From Octopus sinensis (lineage: Eukaryota), in the NCBI RefSeq assembly GCF_006345805.1, contig NC_042997.1:200880001-200944000 (forward strand): 64,000 nucleotides of DNA. The letters run 5' to 3'. Numbering within the stretch: the stretch's first letter is position 1; every line of letters starts with the position of its first letter. A program made the translations under genes and the position numbers. Below the pieces are notes generated by a model. That model ran no database searches. It saw only the letters and a list, made by a program, of their open reading frames with translations, and was not told the origin of the DNA. Below, piece by piece: positions 24,283 through 37,029 of this stretch.

Positions 24283-24806
24283 GTAAAGATTGCTTGCCAA
24301 CATAACATGGCAGGCCTGGTTTAGGATGAATGTTGCTGTAATTTAGCCCCAGGAGACATCATCTCCAGCTGGCTAAACAATATTTTTGAAGATGGGAATC
24401 TAACACCCCCACTCGGCTCAAAACAATATCTGTGTATTACGATTTCTGAGTTATTTCTCTTCATCAGCACAGAATAATTGCTCAGCTAGAGATGGCACTG
24501 CCAAATTCCCATTCAAAATATATAGTTTTCAAAGTGACAACTAGTTACTAATCTATAAATTAAAAAGTTACTATTTTAAAATCTAGCCGAACAATTATTC
24601 TGAGCTGATGAAGAGAAGTAACCCAGAAATCACGATACACAGATATTGTTTTGTGCTGAGTGGGGGTGCTAGATTCCCTTGTTCGAAGATATAAGGACAC
24701 AGATTATGTCATATAACCAGCTAGAGACGATGTCGCCTGGGGCTAAATTACAGCAACATTCATCCTAAACCAGGACTGCCATGTTATGTTGGCAAACAAT
24801 CTTTAC
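24283..24806. mobile_element. Foldback element with arms of about 210 bp, each containing a hammerhead motif (family HH2)
   Basis: Arms 24283-24490 and 24582-24806 are reverse complements, with an indel. ctgatga...gaaa cores at 24430-24472(-) and 24600-24642(+). Confidence 0.75.
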
Positions 24807-25624
24807 TACAATAATTCATGAATCATTCAAATAAAATGTGTAGTATTCTGCAATGGATATAGCATGCAACAATACTTTTAGCATCTCTGCAATTCATAAA
24901 GAATTCAACAACACTTCTTTTTAGTAGTTCACAAGTCATAAAGCATTCAACAATAAGTGTATTAACCAACAATCCTTTAGATATTCAACAATAACTTTTG
25001 GCAGTCAACATTTGGAGAATCATTCAATGTTATATGTAGTTGTTCACAATTCATAAGACCTTCAGTAATATGTGTATTAGCTATCAATCCATTTGGTATT
25101 CAGCAATAACTTTCAGCTATCCGCAATTCATGAAGTCTTCTAAATCTGTGAATTAGACAAGGATCAATTAGGTATTCTATAAAGTGTAGTAGTTCAACAA
25201 TTGAGGAAGCTGTTAAGAATATTATCAGTAGTTCATAATCATAAATCACTCTGAAAAACTTGTATGTATTGGCTATTCTACAATGTATGCAATAATAATG
25301 AAACTGAGAGACATTCAATGGTTATTCTAGCAGCGAACAATCATTGAAATATTTAATGAAACTTGCAGCATTGAAACATTTTATGTACATAGACCTATGA
25401 ACAGGGATTGCAGAGGGTATGAGTGCACCCCCTAAAATTTTTGGCAGGCAGTGAAAATGCTTTGGACATTCTCCTGAGAAGCTTCATCACCAAAACAAAC
25501 AAACATAAAAACATTTTTGGACTGATTTGAAAGATTTTTTTTTTTTCCATTATTGGAATTATCCTATTTGATTGATGTACAAATATAATCATGATGATGA
25601 TGATTATCATCATCATCGTCGTCG

Positions 25625-26130
25625 TCGTCGTCATGTAATGTCCACTTTCCATGCTGGCATGGGTTGGACAGTTTGACAGAGGGCTGGCAAGCCAGAAGAC
25701 TGTACCAGGCTCCAATCTGGACTGGTAAGGTTTCTACAGTTGGATACTCTCCCTAAAGCCAACCACTCTGAGATTGTAGTGGCTGCTTTTTACACAACAC
25801 TGGCATGGGACCAGTCAGGTGGCACTGGCATCAGTCATGACAATGACTTCACTTGCCTCAACAGGTCTTCACAAGCACAGGTTATTGCCCAATGATTGAA
25901 GGGTTACGGTCTCCCTTGGCTTGCTGGGTCTTCTCAATCACAGCATAACTACAAAGGTCTCGATCACTTGTCATTGGCTCCATGAGACCCAACATTCAAA
26001 GGTTGTGTTTCACCACCTCATCCCAGGTCATCCTGGGTCTACCTGCTAAGGTGTGATACTTTTTCCCACAGCTGTCTTCACCCATTTGCAACACATGACC
26101 ATACCAGCACATTTGTCTCTCTAATAGTAC
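25625..26130 (-). pseudogene. RTE LINE 3' end (coding C-terminus, UTR and tail)
   Basis: CWYGHVLQM...GRPRMTWDEVV...SDRDL, followed by the RTE-tail repeat and (GAT)n. Confidence 0.8.
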
Positions 26131-26328
26131 ATTATTTACATTATTTACCTTTGACAGATATTTTTTTTTCTAGTTTCAGCTCAGAGCTGCGGCCATGCTG
26201 ATGCTCATCTTGTTTGTTGTTAATGCAACATTTTGGCTGATATAACCTCCAGCCTTCATCAGGTGTCTTGGGGAAATTTTGAACCTGGGTTCTCATTCCT
26301 AGGGTATTTTCCGATGTTGTTGTTGTTG

Positions 26329-26359
<31 letters not shown>

Positions 26360-26802
26360 GTTTCTTCCTTCTTTCTTCAAATTTTCTTCCATTTCTAGCC
26401 GAGTGTTTTCCATACACCTAGGGCAGAGAAGGGCATTGTATGCATTCCCAGATTACACACGCAAATTCACAGATAAAATATGTATTTAAAAATTAATAAA
26501 TAAATAAATTCATGGATGGATGTTATTTTCACAGCGATAGTGCTCTTCTCAGTACATGAGCCGTTCCAGTTAATACGATATTTTGCACTTCCTGTAGGGA
26601 TGGTAAGCCTGGAATCATTTTCAAATAGGTTTCAGTGCCTTTTTTTATCATTCCTAGAGATCCTACAATCACTGGTACTGTAGTTGCCTTGAGATGCCAC
26701 ATTTTTTCAATTTCCATTAGCAGGTCTTTATATTTACTAATCTTGTCAAATTCTTTCGCCGCTATATTGTGATCACAGGGAATACTCATGGCAATTAATA
26801 AA

Positions 26803-26805
<3 letters not shown>
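26360..26805 (-). pseudogene. R4/Dong-like restriction-like endonuclease C-terminus and 3' UTR
   Basis: ORF 26529-26789: IPCDHNIAAKEFDKISKYKDLLMEIEKMW...VPVIVGSLG...LQEVQNIVLTGTAHVLRRAL. Sits in (ATT)n. Confidence 0.87.
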
Positions 26806-26857
<52 letters not shown>

Positions 26858-26858
26858 T

Positions 26859-26907
<49 letters not shown>

Positions 26908-27416
26908 CATTATTATTATTATTATTATTCAGGTCACTGCCTGAATTTCCATCAAATGTAAATAATGTAAATATCTCTTAAATATAGAACTGTATTATCT
27001 AAACAATAACTCACCAATGAACACATAATGTCCTCTCTTTCCCGTTTAACTGTTACTCTCTAAATTTGCTTTTAGTATGTACCAGGTACTCCACCCCTGA
27101 TTTGGTGTTGTGGTGGATCCCTTGCTGAATTTCCTCTGGAGGTGAATGGAGAAAGGAAACTATATCCCTACTGCTGGTGCTATGAAAAATACATTCACTA
27201 AGCACTTGTGGTTGGCAAAAGGAAGGACATCCAGTCATAGAAGCAAAGCTGAAAAACATGTAAAAACGCCATTCTCTGGGAGCAGTGACACCCAATGAGA
27301 CATAGCTCGGACCCTGATGGCCCACCCAAACCATTTGCATATGGAAAGTTGACATATGGAGATGATGAAAGTGATTCCCTGATCCTTTAAAGTGTAACAT
27401 ACTCAATACACTAGAG

Positions 27417-28155
27417 CAGGGCTGACCAACCTGAGGCCCACGGGCCTGCAGAGTTTTATCTTATGGCCCGGTTGGTACTTTCTTGAAATGGGTTTATTTA
27501 AACAAACATTTAAAAAATTACATCAAAAATTAAAGATTGTAATGAAAAGTAAAAAAGAAAGATACTATAGGCGCAGGAGTGGCTGTGTGGTAAGTAGCTT
27601 GTTTACCAACCACATGGTTCCGGGTTCAGTCCCACTGCATGGCACCTTGGGCAAGTGTCTTCTACTATAGCCTCGGGCCGACCAAAGCCTTGTGAGTGGA
27701 TTTGGTAGACGGAAACTGAAAGAAGCCTGTCGTATATATGTATACGTATCTATATATATATATGTGTATGCGTTTGTGTCTGTCTTCCCCCCCCCCAACA
27801 TCGCTTGACAACCGATGCTGGTGTGTTTACGTCCCCGTCACTTAGCAGTTCGGCAAAAGAGACCGATAGAATAAGTACTGAGCTTACAAAGAATAAGTCC
27901 CGGGGTCGATTTGCTCGACTAAAGGCGGTGCTCCAGCATGGCCGCAGTCAAATGACTGAAACAAGTAAAAGAGTAAAAGAGAGTACTGTTTTTGCAATGA
28001 TAATATTTCATGCTTAATTAACGATCATTCATTCCTTATTGTAATAATAGTATGAGAAAGCAAAATGCTTTCAATCCTGTCAGTATACAAGCAGTCTTCA
28101 AAAAACTTACTGTGATTAAAGTGGCCCACAATGTAATTTGAGTTGGCCAGGCCGG
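27417..28155. mobile_element. hAT (Charlie-like) MITE with a nested family A SINE (27570-27980)
   Basis: Termini cagggctgaccaacctgaggccc...gttggccaggccgg. 8-bp TSD cactagag (27409-27416) / cactagac (28156-28163). Confidence 0.75.
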
Positions 28156-28261
28156 CACTAGACCCTTCACTTCTTAACTGTAATATGTTTCACTTCATGA
28201 AAGTGGCAGGCTGGTTGAATCATTACAGTGCCAGGGAAAAAGCTTGGCGGCATTTTTTCTG

Positions 28262-28860
28262 AAGGCGGCGAGCTGGCAGAATCATTAGCATGCCGGGTGA
28301 AATGCGTAGCTGTATTTCGTCTGCTGCTATGTTCTGAGTCCAAATTCCGCCGAGGTCGACTTTACCTTTCATCCTTTCGGGGTCGATTAAATAAGTACCA
28401 GTTACGCACTGGGGTCGATATAATTGACTTAATCCGTTTCTCTGTCCTTGTTTGTCCGCTTTGTGTTTAGCCCCTTGTGGGTAGTAAAGAAATAGGTATT
28501 TCATCTGCCGCTACGTTCTGAGTTCAAATTCCGCCGAAGTCGACTTTACCCTTCATCCTTTTGGGGTCGATAGATTAAGTACCAGTTATGCACTGGGGTC
28601 GATATAATTGACTTAATCCATTTGTCGGTTCTTGTTTGTCTGCTCTGTGTTTAGCCCTTGTGGGTAGTAAAGAAATAGGCATTTCTTCTGACTTTCTGTT
28701 CTAAAATAAAAGGCTACCAGGGTCAACTTTGCCTTTCATCCTTTCAGAATCGATAAAATAAAGAACCAGCTGAACATTGGAGATGATGTAATTGATTAGT
28801 CCTCCCATCCACCCACCCACCAAATCACTGGCCTTGTACCAAAACTTGAAACCAATATGT
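28262..28860 (+). mobile_element. SINE family B, trimeric concatemer
   Basis: One complete head, then units re-entering at ggtatttc near 28496 and 28679. Confidence 0.85.
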
Positions 28861-29925
28861 TTCATATTGGTCTAAATATTCTAATGGAACTCTTTCTCAA
28901 TATTTCCCCCACTGAACTTTACTCGGAATTTCCATTTCGGTCGCGTTCACTTGACATTACAAAAGAAGAGCCGATACTTTGCACAAGAGACAACAAATAC
29001 ATCTGTCAATAACTCCATTGTTGAATCATCAACTATCGACAGCTCTTCTATTAGTCAATTTTACAAACACTTAACAAACCAGTTCTTGTTATTAGTCACT
29101 ATACTTAGTGGTTATTACTTTTTGTCATTGTCGACAATCTTTTTATCAAGCAGAGACAACAGAGATTCATTGAATCAATGAACACTAATGTAAGCTACCA
29201 TCTTCCAGAAGTGGATAATATTTTTAACGATCGACAATATTTCTCGTTACCAAAAATTAATAATCTCATGTGACATCATTTTAATCTCTCATCAGTGTAG
29301 TGAATTTCTTGATTTGTTCATCACAAAAATATGGTGCATGAAGTTAATCTAAGGTCAAAAATGTCAAAACTGATTCGAAAATATTTCTTTAGAATTAGAA
29401 AGCTAAAATTAGTTTGGTCACTGGAGAATTAAGATTTCTATATGGATGAAAATCTTTAGCTCAACCGTTTCTTATTCAGTAATCTGTGAGATTAATAGAA
29501 TAATTCTCTCTCCAAAGAAAATATAGGTCAATATGTTCCAAGGATAAATGGTATATAGGAGATTTACCTTAACAAAAATGGAAACTGTTATCTCAAAAAT
29601 ATAGAAATTGAATTCCTGATGCTGTTTCTCCATGCATTAAGCAGACAACCAGAGAAACTCTACAGGATCAGTTGACTCTCTCTCTTACACTTTTACTTGT
29701 TTCAGTCATTTTGACTGTGGCCATGCTGGAGCACCACCTTTAGTTGAGCAAATCGACCACCAGGACTTATTCTTTGTAAGCCTAGAACTAATTCTATTGG
29801 TCCCTTTTGCCGAGCCGCTAAGTTATGGGGACGTAAACACACTAGCATCGGTTGTCAAGCGATGCTGGTGTGACACACCCACACAAACATATACACACAC
29901 ACGCACTCACACACACACACACACA

Positions 29926-29967
<42 letters not shown>

Positions 29968-29985
29968 ACACACACATACACACGC

Positions 29986-30015
<30 letters not shown>

Positions 30016-30017
<2 letters not shown>

Positions 30018-30182
30018 TAATAAAAGGCTTCCAAATAAGGAAGCGTAGTGCTAGAAACACAAAAAGAGATAAATTCATGAAAGGAATGAAAATAAAATTT
30101 TTAATTTTTCATTCCTTTCATGAATTTATCCCTTTTTGTGTTTCTAGCACTACGCTTCCTTATTTGGAAGCCTTTTATTATA
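30016..30182. repeat. 77-bp near-perfect inverted repeat with a 13-nt spacer
   Basis: 30016-30092 versus 30106-30182, one mismatch. Confidence 0.95.
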
Positions 30183-30280
30183 TTTCTTATACGAAAAATA
30201 TATAGTCTAATGACTAACTCGTCTTTTGTGCTAGGCCACTGGTAATAATAATTTATTTTATTACCCTATTTGATTATGTT

Positions 30281-31090
30281 TATTAGTTGTGATACCTGTG
30301 CCGGTGACACATAAAAAGCACCATCCGAACGTAGCTGTTGCCAGTGCAGCCTCCACTGGCTTCTGTGCCAGTGGCACATAAAAAGCACCATCCGAACGTG
30401 ACCGATGCCAACCCCGCCTCGAATGGCTTCTGTGCCGGTGGCACATGAACATCGAACCAAATATCAATGGAAACAGTAGTTGTGATACCTGTGCCGGTGA
30501 CACATAAAAAGCACCATCCGAACGTGGCCGTTGCCAGTGCAGCCTCCACTGGCTTCTGTGCCGGTGGCACAAAAAAAAGGACCATCCAAACGTGACCAAT
30601 GCCAACCCCGCCTCGAATGGCTTCTGTGCCGGTGGCACATAAAAAGCACCATCCGAACGTGGCCGATGCCAGCACCGCCCCGACTGGCCTCTGTGCCGGT
30701 GGCACATAAAAAGCACCATCCGAGCGTGGCCGACGCCAGCACCGCCTCGACTAGCTTCTGTGCCGGTGGCACATACAAAGCACCAACCGATCGTGGGATC
30801 CCGGAACATCTCGCTGTGCTTGAGGAGACCTGTTGAGTCAAGTGCATGTACATGAACATCGAACCAAATATCAATGGAAACAGTAAAGCACCATCTGAAC
30901 GTGGCCGTTGCCAGTGCAGCCTCTACTGGCTTCTGTGCTGGTGGCACATAAAAAGCACCATCTGAACGTGGCCGATGCCAGTACCGCCTTGACTGGCTTC
31001 TGTGCCGGTGGCACGTAAAAAAGCACCAACCGATCGTGGCCGATACCAGGCCCTTCTGGCACCTGTGCAGGTGGCATGTAAAAAGCACCC
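30281..31090. repeat. Minisatellite of about 59 bp within an RTE 3' UTR
   Basis: Repeats of ggcttctgtgccggtggcacataaaaagcaccatccgaacgtggccgatgcc. Runs into the RTE tail ending at 31250. Confidence 0.85.
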
Positions 31091-34000
31091 ACTACACTCG
31101 CAGAGTGGTTGGCGTTAGGAAGGGCATCCAGCTGTAGAAACACTGCCAGATCAGACTGGAGCCTGGGGCAGCCCCTGGCTCCCCAGACCCCGGTCGAACC
31201 GTCCAACCCGTGCTAGCGCGGAAAATGGGCGTCAAACGATGATGATGATATATACATGATGGGCTTCTTTCAGTTTCAGTCTATCAAATCCACTCACAAG
31301 GCTTTGGTCGGCCCGTGGCTATAGTAGAAGACACTTGCACAAGGTGCTATGCAGTGGGATTGAACCCGGAACTATGTGGTTGGTAAGCAAGCTACTTACC
31401 ACACAGCCACTCCTGTGCCTGACTGGCTAAAAACTGTTTTCCTTCAGGAGAACACATTCGATAGTGTATATCCTAGATGCACAATGCCTGAAGAAGTTAA
31501 TGGAGAATCAAGACTGGAATATCTTTGGTCATCAGATTGATCATAAGTATGATCATAGGAATGGTCATAAGTAGGACAGAGGACTAAAAGATGATAACAA
31601 TAACCAGGGTAGGAACAAGCAAAGTAAAAATGTAAATATATCTTTATCATCTTCTTGTTTCAGTCACCAGATTACAGCCATGCTGGAGCACTGCTGTGAA
31701 GGGGTTTAGTTAAACAAAGAGACCCTAGTACTTAAACTTTTTCAAGTTCGGCACATATTCTATCAGTCGCTTATGCTGAACTGCTAAGTTACAGGCATTT
31801 AAACAAAACAACACCAGTTGTCAGTCAGTGAGGTGGGGTGTCAAACAGACACACACATTATATATATATTTATATATATATATATATGACAAGCTTCCAC
31901 TTAGTTTCCACCTACCAAATTCACTCACAAGGCTTTGGTCAAATTGGACCTACAGTAGATGACATTTGCCCAAGGTACCATGCAGTGGAATGGAACCCAA
32001 AGCCACTTGGTTGCAAAGTCATATGTATATACATATATATTACTATAGAATAGCCATCACAGTAAACTGTATATTAACATAGTCTATACATACATTGCTG
32101 TAGAATCTATCAAAACAGGAGTGGCTACTTCATATGCATATATATATATATATATTTCGTTTTTGGATTTGGTTTGCAAGATTCTTTATATGAGTTCGTA
32201 TGTTGAAGCATATTCTGTTGTATCTGGGGAGAGTCATTTTGTTTTTGTGTCTTATAATTTTTACACACTCACTGGTAAAATTTCCACTTATTTTAATTTT
32301 AATTTTCCTAAAGTTTTCGTTGCGTCTTGCAACCTTTTCAATAGTCTTGACTCTGTCACACGTGCACACACACACACATGCATAGATACATGTGCACACA
32401 CATGCTCACACATGCACGCACACACACACACATGCACATATATGCACACACACATGCACATACACACATGCACGCACAAACACACATACATGCACACACA
32501 CATACACACACATGCATACTCACGCACACAATATTGTGTTGGACAGCAAAAAATTTACAGAAAAAGAGTCAAAACCAAAAAAATCCCTCATCAGTTACCC
32601 TTCCAAATATCTGTGTGTGTGTGTGTGTGCACGCACGCATGTGTGTGCACATGTGTGTGTGCGTGTGTGTGTGTCTTTGTGTCTGATGGCGTGTCTGCAT
32701 TAGCAGTTCAGCAAAAGAGATTGATAGAATAAGTACCAGGCTTAGAAAATACGTATCTATCTGGAGTTGATTCATTCACCTAAAAATTCTTCAAGGCTGT
32801 GTCCCAGCATGGCCACAGTCTCACGACTGAAGAAAGTGAAGGATAAAAATCAAAGTCATATACAGGAGTGGGTGTGTAGTAAGATGCTTGCTTCCCAACC
32901 ACATGGTTCCAAGTTCAGTCCCACTGTATGGCACCTTGAGCAAGAGTCTTCTACTATATCCTTGGGCCGACCAAAGCCTTGTGAGTGATTTTAGTAGATG
33001 GAAACTGAAAGAAGCATGTCATATTTATATGTGTGTGTGTGTGTGTTTGTGTGTGTGCGCACGTGTGCATGTGTGTGTGTGTGTGTGTGTGTGCGTGTGT
33101 GTGGTAAGTAGCTTGCTTTCCAGCCACATGGTACTGGGTTCAGTTCCATTGTGTGGCACCTTGGGCAAGTGTCTTCTGCTATATCCTCAGGCCAACTAAA
33201 GCTTTGTGAGTTGATTTGGTGGATGGAAACTGAAAGAAGCCCATCATGTATATGTGTGTATGTATATCTGTATATGTTTGTGTGTCTGTGTTTGTCCCCT
33301 CACCATCACTTGACAACCGATGTTGGTGTGTTTACATCCCCGTGACTTAGCAGTTCAGCAAAAGAGACCCGATAGAATAAGTACTAGACTTACAAAGAAT
33401 AAGGCCCGGGGTCAATTTGTTCACTAAAGGCGGTGCTCAAGCATGGCCACAGTCAAATGACTGAAACAAGTAAAACAGTGAAAGAATAAAAGAAATTTAA
33501 AAGCTTATATAAATATTGCATGGTTGCTTTTTTGGTTGGTTGACTACTTCAGTCATTCTTGATGTCATTTAGAAATTAGTGGCGGGGGGAAGGGAGATAA
33601 TGAGAATTAATTTAAAATGTGCAGGATGCATGCACATACTAGGCTTGATGGAAGGCAATGGGGAAATGACAGCAAAGCACAAACAATAAGAGAGAAATAA
33701 TCATAGAATTAGAGGAAATGTAGGTGGGGGAGTGGGTTTTGGTGTGTGTGTGTATTTACACACACATACACACAGGTGTAGATGTGGCGGCCAGGCACTT
33801 AAGAAATTTACTTGCCAACCACATGCTTTTGGGTTCAGTCCCACTGCATGACACCTTGAGCAAGTGTCTGGGCTTAGTCAGACCAAAATCTTGTGAGTGG
33901 ATTTAATAGGTGGAAACTGTGAGAAGTCTGTCATAGGACATATGCATGTATCTACATAAGTATGTCTGTATATATGAATGTGTGTTAGACTACTTGTTAT

Positions 34001-34654
34001 CATCATCATCATCATCATCATCATCATCTAATGTCCATTGTCCATACTGGCATGGGTTGGACCGTTTGACCAGGGCTGGTAAACTGAGGGGCTGCGCCAG
34101 ACTCTAGCCTGATTTGGCAAGGTTTCTACTGCTTGATGTCCTTCCTAACACCAACCACTCCGAGAGTGTAATGGGTGCTTTTCCATGCCACTGGCATGGG
34201 TGTCAGTTTGCATGACAGCGATATCTGCTGCAACTATTGTTTAACTTGGCTTGATGGGTCTTCTTCTCAAGTGTGTTGTTGTCTCCACGAAGCCCAACAT
34301 ACAGAAGGTGCTTTTTTCGTGTCACTATGATAGTTATAAAGGCCACCATGATAGTTATAAATGATTGTCTTAGTTTTTTGTGTTAGTCTGCTACAGACTC
34401 AGCTAATATAACATCAGATGATTTTAAACAAAGAACTATCATTTTGTCCCTTTTTTTAAAGCCATAACTAAGACCTAAGTCTGTCATGTTCCCATGGACC
34501 CAAAAGGCCAATGTTTAACCTTGTTTCTAATATGACTAAGTGATTCAGATTACCACATTCACTTTTAAACAGGGCCCCAGCCCTTTTCAGGGTCAACTTC
34601 CCAGCTATTACTGGAACACATTTACAGCTGGGCAGTGTTATTGGGTAACCTGAA

Positions 34655-34994
34655 ATAAAGTTTCGCTTTTGGATTTGGTTTGCATGATTCTTTATGTGAG
34701 TTCGTGTTTTGAAGCATATTCTGTTGTGTCTGGGGCGCGTCATTCTGTTTTGGTGCATTATAATTTAACACACACACCAGTAAAATTTCCACTTATTTCA
34801 TTTTTATTTTTCAAAACTTTTCGTTGCATCTTGCAGCCTTTTGAATAGTTAGAGTCAAAGCTATTGAAAAGGTTGCAAGAAGCAATGGAAATTTTAGAAA
34901 AATTAAAAAGAAATAACTGTAAATTTTACCGGTGAGTGTCTTAAATTATAAGGCACCAAAAGAGAACGACTTTCCCCAGACACAACAGAATATG
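34655..34994. repeat. Inverted pair of an unclassified repeat of about 215 bp (family D)
   Basis: 34715-34850 pairs with 34857-34994. Single copies at 32140-32355 and 23363-23480. Confidence 0.75.
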
Positions 34995-37029
34995 AAATAA
35001 AGTGTTTTTCTCAAAAAAAAAAAAAAAAGCACCACCCAGTATGAAAATCGAAACCATAATTCTATAATTGAGAGTGTGACACACCAACAACTTAGCCATG
35101 AATCTTCACTCTAAGCCATGACCTAGAAAAAAAAAAAAAAAGAAAAAGATAGTTCAGTGGAAACACAATAGAAAGTTGAAAAACGGGGAATAATATATCT
35201 GATGCCAGATAGAAAATGTCCTGAGAGAGTGTGTAACCATATCATTCTGTCCAGAAAGATAATAGGTTTATATTATGTTATTTTCAAATATTTAAGCCCA
35301 TTATCATTCTGAAAGAAATTATAATTTCCATTTTAATGTTGTCATAATAAACGATAAAGTACATAGATATAACGACAAACTATCTTACTTCTTGCTTTCT
35401 CATCTCTGTATTTTTGCTTCTTTGCTAAATGTAATAAAGGGTAACTGGACTGAATCAGTTCTTGACTTTTAGATATAGAGAATATATATAAATATACATT
35501 GCGCATAATAATGTTCTATCAATATTAAAAAATTATATTTTTAAATATGTTTTCGTTTTCATGATTGTTTATTTGTTTATGACATTATCAAATCAAATAT
35601 TTTCGGTTTTTTTTTTTTTTTCATGTAAAAAAAGAAAAAATGTTTTAAACCCTCCTTGAAAAATTGCCGTGAAAAATGGAAAATAAATTCATATAGAAAG
35701 AAAAATTATTCATATCTAAGAGAAGACACAGATAGTAAGATAAAGAAGTAATTTATAAACGATAGCTGGCTAAATTACAACAAATAGAATTTTTTTGAAT
35801 TTTTGATAGATCGAACAGGAGAGAACGATGATAGGAAAGGATGCAGAGTGACAGATCATAACTGAATAACAATAGTCTGTGTCAGTCTTCATATAATGGA
35901 AGCAGAGAGTAAACAATAGATAGCCAATACCTAAAAAAGTAATCTTTGCCAAAAGAGATCTACATGAACAATAATAAAAGATATAAGACAAAACAAAACA
36001 AAAGAAAGGAAAGACAAACATTAACAAGTAGATAAATAGGAACTTACAAGTATGTATTAGAAGAGAATTTTGTGAAGATATGAATAAATTGCAGAGATAT
36101 GAATAAATGAAAGATAGAACATAGGAATTTCACCTACATCTATCTAATTTCTTGTACTAAGTTCATGCACAGGCATAAATATATCAGAACCACTTATTAT
36201 GTGGCACTCCGTCAGTTACGACGATGAGGGTTTCAGGTGATCTGATCAACGGAACAGCCTGCTTGTGAAATTAATGTGCAAGTGGCTGAGCACTCCACAG
36301 ACACGTGTACCCTTAATGTAGTTCTTGGGGAGCTTCAGTGTGACAAGGCTGGTCTCTTTGAAATACAGGTACAACAGAAACAGGAAGAAAGAGTGAAAGA
36401 AAACTGTGGTGAAAAAGTATAGCAGGGTTCACCACTAGCCCCTGCTAGGGCCTCGTGGAGCTTTAGAAATTAATATACAAGTGGCTGAGCACTTCACAGA
36501 CACGTGTACCTTTAATGTAGTCCTCGGGGAGATTCAGTGTGACAAGGCTGGCCCCTTTGAAATACAGGTACAACAGAAACAGGAAGAAAGAGTGAGAGAA
36601 AGTTGTAGTGAAAGAGTACAGCAGAGTTTGCTACAACCCCCTGCTGGAGCATCATGGATCTTTAGGTGTTTTCACTCAATAAACACTCACGATGCCTGGT
36701 CTGGGAACCAAAACTACAATCCTACGGCCACGAGTCCGCTACCCTAACCACTGGGCCAATGTGCCTCCAGAACCACTTATATACATACAAGCAACTTACA
36801 AAGACACATGGACAAATACATGTGCACACGCATGTGCGTACACACACACACAAATGTAAGCAGGCAATGCTATGTGTTTAAGTAGATCAGTTCATAACTG
36901 CATACTTCCAGGTTCAATACTGATGTGTGGAACCTTGGGCGAGTGTCTTCTATTACATCTTTAAGCCAACATATAAATTACTTGCAATGACACACACAAA
37001 TGGTGGGGGTGGAGTGGGCAGATGAGGAT

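Noticed and set aside
30261-31088. 275-aa ORF, and a possible CRISPR-like repeat array
   Set aside because: Units are contiguous 59-bp minisatellite copies without unique spacers, inside an RTE 3' UTR. There are no cas genes and the context is eukaryotic.
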